Assembly: GCF_009914755.1 (NCBI RefSeq)
Contig: NC_060925.1
Length of the DNA: 64,000 bases
DNA from: the human T2T-CHM13v2.0 reference genome, Homo sapiens
Direction: 5' to 3' (one strand)
Shown here in pieces: positions 63,403-64,000 of this stretch (positions are counted from its first letter, which is position 1; each line of letters starts with the position of its first letter). A program made the translations under genes and the position numbers. The notes below the pieces were generated by a model. The model was not told where the DNA came from. It made no database searches and worked only from the letters and a program-made list of their open reading frames with translations.

Positions 63403-63608
63403 GGGTGTGAGAGTGATCTGGCTACAACATCTGTCACCCCATTGATTGCCAGGCTGGCTTCATTAGTTCTGGCTGGCTAGGCTGGGGTCTCCTTCATCCT
63501 AACCTTCCCATGTACATCTTTTCTTCAGCTGCATGCTGTCAAGAATAATATAGTTCTTAGCAGGGAATAACCCCACTTGACTCAAGAACCCCCTAAATAA
63601 TCTCTTAG
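63403..63608 (+). pseudogene. 7SK snRNA pseudogene (RN7SKP family), 3'-truncated and diverged
   Basis: GGGTGTGAGAGTGATCTGGCTACAACATCTGTCACCCCATTGATTGCCAGG...TCTGGCTGGCTAGGC matches the 7SK 5' end GGATGTGAGGGCGATCTGGCTGCGACATCTGTCACCCCATTGATCGCCAGG. Confidence 0.9.
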
Positions 63609-64000
63609 TTCTGACATATTGTTCACCCTAAAGAATTATCTCTAATGTCAATGGCACCCAGAGTGGCTGAAGCCTCACAGGAAAAGAGGTTCTATCTCTG
63701 GAATTAAGGATTCAACAAGGGGGGTCCAAAGACTTTCAGGCGTTCGTTGAAGATTAAAAAGTCCAAAATATTAAGAGGAACATGGTCCAAACCACTGCTA
63801 TGAGGACGTAGTGGGATGTCACAAACGTTTGTCCTTCCTTTTCGTGTTTGTTGAGGAGGCAGTGCAGCTTTGTGGGCTTTAAAATCATTACTGTCTGCCC
63901 CAGGGCCTCTTGTCTTCATATTTTTGTGACTTAGTTACCATCTATGCACTGCTGATTCCCTGTCCAGAACTCATTCTAGTACTCCTGACCCTCCTATCAA

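Noticed and set aside
63704-63919. 71-aa ATG ORF in CpG-retaining unique DNA near the window end
   Set aside because: No recognisable homology or splice signals; it cannot be supported without flanking sequence or expression data.

Overview
This is primate genomic DNA; the AluY/AluS/AluJ, L1PA, THE1 and MER85 content points to a catarrhine, most likely human. It is intronic or intergenic, and I could not support any host protein-coding exon. All listed ORFs are explained by Alu, L1, Tigger1, microsatellites or chance. The window is a layered repeat landscape: about 36 Alu copies or monomers, L1 fragments of several ages, MaLR/ERV LTRs, DNA transposons (Tigger1, MER1A, MER5A, MER33, MER47A, MER85), MIR and L2. 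It holds two retroposed small-RNA pseudogenes, 5S rRNA at about 10.9 kb and 7SK at about 63.4 kb. A stretch at about 22.5-26.2 kb has no recognisable transposon and looks like a candidate cis-regulatory region. The most unusual features visible directly in the sequence are template-switch or templated-insertion scars. These include a 97-bp copy of local DNA inside an Alu, a 25-bp local copy between duplicated L1 sequence, an inverted duplication in an L1 microsatellite and an L1 inversion with a duplicated junction. A piggyBac MER85 is flanked by a non-TTAA duplication. I found no evidence of a new gene-encoded system. Repeat family and subfamily names rest on remembered consensus sequences, and boundaries are approximate unless a target-site duplication (TSD) is quoted.
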